Virus record (IMG/VR): IMGVR_UViG_3300031555_005249
Source: a virus
DNA length: 64,000 nt
Strand: one strand, 5' to 3'
Below are positions 60,057-64,000 of the stretch, piece after piece; positions within the stretch are counted from its first letter, which is position 1; every line of letters begins with the position of its first letter. Made by a program: the position numbers and the translations under genes. Under the pieces are notes generated by a model. It was not told where the DNA came from, did not search any database, and worked only from the letters and a program-made list of their open reading frames with translations.

Positions 60057-62267
60057 ATGGCAAAATATAGCTACTTATCTAATCCTTAGATATTAAGATA
60101 TGTTGATAATTTAATAGTAAAAGAACAATATGTTAAAATTATTTTATTCAACATGAATGACGAACCTCTTGAATCTATTGAAGGGTTTGCCACTACCGGT
60201 AGTATTTCAGTAAATGGTTAGTCTTCAATGCGTAGAACTGGCTCTTTAACAATGTTAACTTATACGGATAAAGATATTTGTAAAAATCCTAATTTTATAA
60301 TGAATAAAGTAACTGATATTAATAATAAATTATCAATGAATAAAAAGATTGAAATTGAAGTTGGTATTAAAAATACTGGCGCATAGTATTTAGAATATTC
60401 TATCTTTTGGTTCCCTGTTGGAGTTTATGGAATTACAGATGCTTCTGTGAGTTCAAATAATTCGGGTATTCAAATATCTTTAAAATTTAATGATAAAATG
60501 GCATTTTTGAATGGCTCTTTAGGAGGTACTTTTTCAGTTAAGACAACGCATTCTCCTATTTATGTAGAGGGCGGTGATCCTGAGCCTGTTTTAAATCGTA
60601 AATTAATTGAATCTCTGGTACATGATGCAGGTGGTATTCCTAAAGAAAAAATTATTATTGAAGATGTTCCCTTTTAGATTAAAAATGCAATTCGATGGAC
60701 ATCAAATTATCCAGCTTATTTAAAGCATATAGATGGTAACAAATATGAGTTAACATTAGGATAGGCGCCAAATGATGGAGCTATTGATGAATATATTTTT
60801 GGAGATGCTATTGGATATCAAATGACTAATTTTACTTATGGCGCAGGTGATAGTCAAGCAGAGTTAACTTCTAATGCAGGTGAAACTATTGAATCTGTCT
60901 TAAACAAGATAAAAAATACTATGGGTAATTATGAGTTTTTCTTTGATTTAGATGGGAACTTTAGATTTAGAGAAATTAAAAATTATCTTAATGAAGGTAG
61001 TGCTATTAACAATCTTGTAGATGCTATTAATGATAAATATTTTATTAATTAGTCGCGAGGTAAATCAATCTACTCTTTTGATAATACTAATTGTACTGTT
61101 TCCTATTCTAATAATCCACGTTATAGTGAAATTAAAAATGATATTATTGTATGGGGGTAGACTGCTAAAAATAAAACCCCAATTTGTTATCATTTAATTA
61201 TTGACACACCGCCTTAGTCTGGTAACGAATACTGGGTTGTGTTTTAGATGGATGCAGATGGTACATAGAGAGCTAAAGCAGTATGGGATGTGTAGCCTGA
61301 GAATGATAAACTTAGTGCAAAAAAAGTAAGGACTTAGGACTGGCGCCAAGAACTCTATATGTAGTATATTAGAGATGGAGTTCAAACTCCTTTGGCTAAA
61401 GAGTTAATTTAGAATTTGCCTTTGATTTATAATGTTCAATATGGAATAGAAGCCGATAATATTAAGCCTGGTGATAACGGCTTCTTTTATGATAATTAGC
61501 CTGATGCAACACCTTATTTTATAGATATGATAGACCCTAATCTTTTTGGCGGAGATAATATTATACCAATTTTAGCCAAAAAAACAGCAACGGTAATTAT
61601 ACCTGCCACATAGAGCGGAACGGAAAAAATTCCATATGAAGGGATGGATAGTATACTTAAATTACATTCTATTGAAGGCGAAGAAACAGCTTGCATTACT
61701 TCTATTGAACATGATGCTAATTATATTATTATAAAATATAACAACACAACCGATACATTACTTTCTATAATTATTAATTATTCTGTTGTTACTGGTTATT
61801 AGACTATACAATCAAATACAATAGGTGTTACAGGTTTAGAATCAATAAAATAGTTTGGAGTTTAGACTATAGGCCGCCGACAAAAAGTTATTAATGATTC
61901 AAAAGTAAACTGTGTCTTTGCGCCAGTGCTAAAAGATATTTTATATGTTGAAAAAGCAGAAGATGCATCTGCTAATCAAAAGTATATTATTGCAGATACT
62001 TCGATTCAATCAGCTATTGGAATAGGCGTAGCAACTAATTCAGCATATGATTTAGTACGCAGTGCATTACATTAGTACACTAGTTACAATAATAGTATTA
62101 GTTTATCTTGTATGCCTATTTATCATTTAGAGCCAAATACTCGTATTACAGTAAATGATGATGATAGTGATATTCATGGAGACTATATTATAAATAGTTT
62201 AACAGTTCCACTTACAGCGAATGGAACAATGAGTATAAGCGCAAGTCGTGCGATTGAAAGAATATAA
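60057..62267 (+). CDS. tail-associated (Tal / prophage-tail endopeptidase-like) protein, about 25 TAG
   Basis: ATG 60057 is in frame with ORF-track ORFs 60447..60677 and 60822..61052 and continues to a TAA at 62265. I translated the whole 737-codon frame and found only TAG interruptions. Confidence 0.5.
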
Positions 62268-62269
62268 TA

Positions 62270-62310
62270 AAAATAAAGGAACTCATTTTGAGTTCCTTTT
62301 TTATTGAAAG
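62270..62310 (+). terminator. rho-independent terminator
   Basis: AAGGAACTCA-tttt-GAGTTCCTT followed by TTTTTATTG. Confidence 0.6.
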
Positions 62311-62349
62311 AAATAATTTAATACGATTTTAATTGATTACTGTTAAAAT

Positions 62350-62385
62350 GATTTCCTCATCATATGGATGAGGATTTTTTTATTC
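62350..62385 (+). terminator. second tandem rho-independent terminator
   Basis: TCCTCATC-atatg-GATGAGGA followed by TTTTTTTATT. Confidence 0.55.
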
Positions 62386-62482
62386 TCCTGTTAAATTTCA
62401 AAATTTATATCAAAATTTATTAAAGCGATTAAGTAAATTTTAATATAAATTTGAACAAGAGTGAAAGGAGAAATAAACTCGA

Positions 62483-62968
62483 ATGAATATGTATAATAAT
62501 CTAACTCAACAGACACCCTATATGTATGGATATGGGATGCAACCACAGTATCAGAGAATGATGCAGACTCAACAGACAGATTAGAGTGCGCCTAGCGTTG
62601 CTCCATAGCAGCAATATACCGCGCCTATAATGATGTCACAAGGCAATTACATTAAAGGTCGTCCAGTAGTCTCGATTGATGAAGCAAGAGCTAGTCAAAT
62701 CGATTTAGATGGATCGCTCTATGTTTTCCCAGACTTAGGAAATAAGAAGATTTATACCAAACAGATTAACATGGATGGCACTGCCGCTTTTAATGTATTT
62801 GAATTAAGCACTCCAAGTGAAGCTGCGCCGGCGCCGGTGTATGTTACTAAGGATGAGCTTGATGAAATTTTGGCAAGTTTTAAGGCAAGTTTGGTTTAGG
62901 AAAAATCACAAGAACCTGGACCGGCGCGCAATGTAAAAGCGCAAGTAAATGCGCCATTTAATCTATAA
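62483..62968 (+). CDS. hypothetical Q-rich protein, 3 TAG
   Basis: RBS GAAAGGAGAAA. ORF 62630..62899 extends upstream in frame across TAG codons to an ATG at 62483. TAA stop. Confidence 0.4.
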
Positions 62969-62979
62969 GGAGGTAAAAT

Positions 62980-63228
62980 ATGGCTTACAATGTAGACCCC
63001 GCATATTTATTAATGCAAATGCGTTAGGGCAAAAATCCAGAACAATTAATGATTGATATTCTTGAAGGAGAAGCGTCACAAAATCCTATTATGGGTAATC
63101 TCTTGTCAATGGCAAAAGATAATCGTACAGCAGATATTGAAAAATTCGCACGTAATCTTGCCAAAGAACAAGGAATTGATTTTGATAAAGAGTTCAGTAG
63201 GTTCAAAAAGCAGTATTTTGGACTCTGA
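62980..63228 (+). CDS. small hypothetical protein, 1 TAG
   Basis: RBS AAGGAGGTAAAATATG. MAYNVDPAYLLMQMR[TAG]GKNPEQLMIDILEGEAS..., TGA stop. Confidence 0.4.
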
Positions 63229-63261
63229 ATCTAAATATATTTTTATAAAGGAGGACATAAT

Positions 63262-63711
63262 ATGTTCAACACTTCAAATGGATATTCTTTATCCGACATC
63301 GCCGCAGTAACAGGCGGCAACAGAGGAAATGGAGGTTTCGGTGACGGCTTTGGTGAGAACGGTTGGTGGATCATCTTATTGTTTCTTTTCACTGGATGGG
63401 GAAGAAATGGTTGGGGCAACAACGGAGGCTCTGAAGGAGGCGCAGGTTACATTTTAAATCCTTACTTCTATGGAGCTAACTTTGGTGGATCAGCTTGTGC
63501 AACTAAAGATGATGTTCGCGCTGCAGTCGATCAGCAAACTTTAATTTCTAAACTTGATAACCAAACTTATGGTTTAGCTGATAGCACATACGCATTAAGT
63601 AATGCTATCACAACAGGATTCCACGGAGTAGATAACGCTATCTGTACTCTTGGATATCAAAACCAAGCTGGATTTACAGCCCTTGGTAACCAGATCGCAG
63701 AATGCTGCTAA
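63262..63711 (+). CDS. Gly-rich protein with one TM helix (WWIILLFLFTGW) and C-terminal Cys pair
   Basis: ORF-track ORF, RBS AAAGGAGGAC, no TAG. Confidence 0.5.
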   Translation: MFNTSNGYSLSDIAAVTGGNRGNGGFGDGFGENGWWIILLFLFTGWGRNGWGNNGGSEGGAGYILNPYFYGANFGGSACATKDDVRAAVDQQTLISKLDNQTYGLADSTYALSNAITTGFHGVDNAICTLGYQNQAGFTALGNQIAECC

Positions 63712-63887
63712 AGTCATTGGCAGCCTAATAGGTAACTATTAGAAAACAATTCGGAGAATTGCTGGAAGGCTAATTTCACAAAATAAAAAATTAAGGACAA
63801 AAATTATTCATCCATTAAACTCAATTTTAAATATATATTGAACAATGAAGTTCATAATTCAATATAGAATAATAAAGGAGATTAAAA

Positions 63888-64000
63888 ATGGAAGAAAATA
63901 AGTTTTATGTATATGAATGGTATAATGTTGATACCAATTATGTCTTTTATGTAGGCAAAGGCTGCGGGAAACGATATCGAGAGATGGCGCGCAGAAATCA
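63888..64000 (+). CDS. GIY-YIG endonuclease N-terminus (partial, runs off window end)
   Basis: RBS AAAGGAGATTAAAAATG. MEENKFYVYEWYNVDTNYVFYVGKGCGKRYREMARRN fits the GIY..YIG..R signature. Confidence 0.4.
   Translation, partial: MEENKFYVYEWYNVDTNYVFYVGKGCGKRYREMARRN

Noticed and set aside
22779-62267. Interpreting the fragmented late ORFs as pseudogenes or a degraded prophage
   Set aside because: Interruptions are exclusively TAG, and they fall within conserved domains that remain intact. TAA and TGA are used normally as terminators. Decay would produce mixed stops and frameshifts.
22779-62267. TGA (opal) reassignment
   Set aside because: Many recoded genes terminate with TGA (for example 24033-25244, 25249-26997, 27470-29074) and no in-frame TGA was seen inside conserved domains.
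1-64000. Lysogeny module (integrase, repressor, attachment site)
   Set aside because: No tyrosine or serine recombinase-like ORF was recognised in this window. The phage-versus-prophage question cannot be settled from this segment.

Overview
The window looks like a low-GC (~33%) tailed-phage genome or prophage segment with Firmicutes-style expression signals. The Shine-Dalgarno sites are strong (AGGAGG), and more than 25 near-identical sigma-70 promoters have the form TTGACA/TTGATT/TTGAAA, a spacer of exactly 17 nt, then TATAAT. Three blocks are visible: (i) positions 1-22558, a minus-strand early block of many small genes, each with its own promoter; (ii) 6122-10335, a nested plus-strand block of small regulator-like genes; (iii) 22718-64000, a plus-strand morphogenesis block encoding large terminase, portal, prohead protease/scaffold, major capsid protein, major tail protein, a 3142-codon tape-measure protein, tail fibre, Dit/Tal-like tail proteins and small homing-endonuclease-like genes. 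The central observation is amber (TAG) stop-codon reassignment. Dozens of ORF-track fragments in the late block, the nested plus block, a GIY-YIG homing endonuclease at 1910-2740 and a class-3 lipase at 21899-22558 join into full-length, domain-complete proteins if TAG is read as a sense codon. Local motif matches such as YIG-Q-T point to Gln. TAA and TGA remain the genuine stops. A candidate suppressor tRNA with a CUA-containing anticodon loop lies at 16510-16584 on the minus strand under tandem consensus promoters. The most abundant virion proteins (capsid, scaffold, decoration, major tail protein and two fibre-like proteins) contain no TAG at all, whereas low-copy proteins are dense with TAG. 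Other items worth follow-up are a repeated terminator/operator/tandem-promoter cassette, a GC-rich candidate ncRNA, iteron-like repeats inside a gene, strong over-representation of GGCGCC/GCGCGC/GGCGCGCC motifs, and several homing-endonuclease genes. All coordinates that are not ORF-track anchors were derived by hand and may be off by a few nucleotides.
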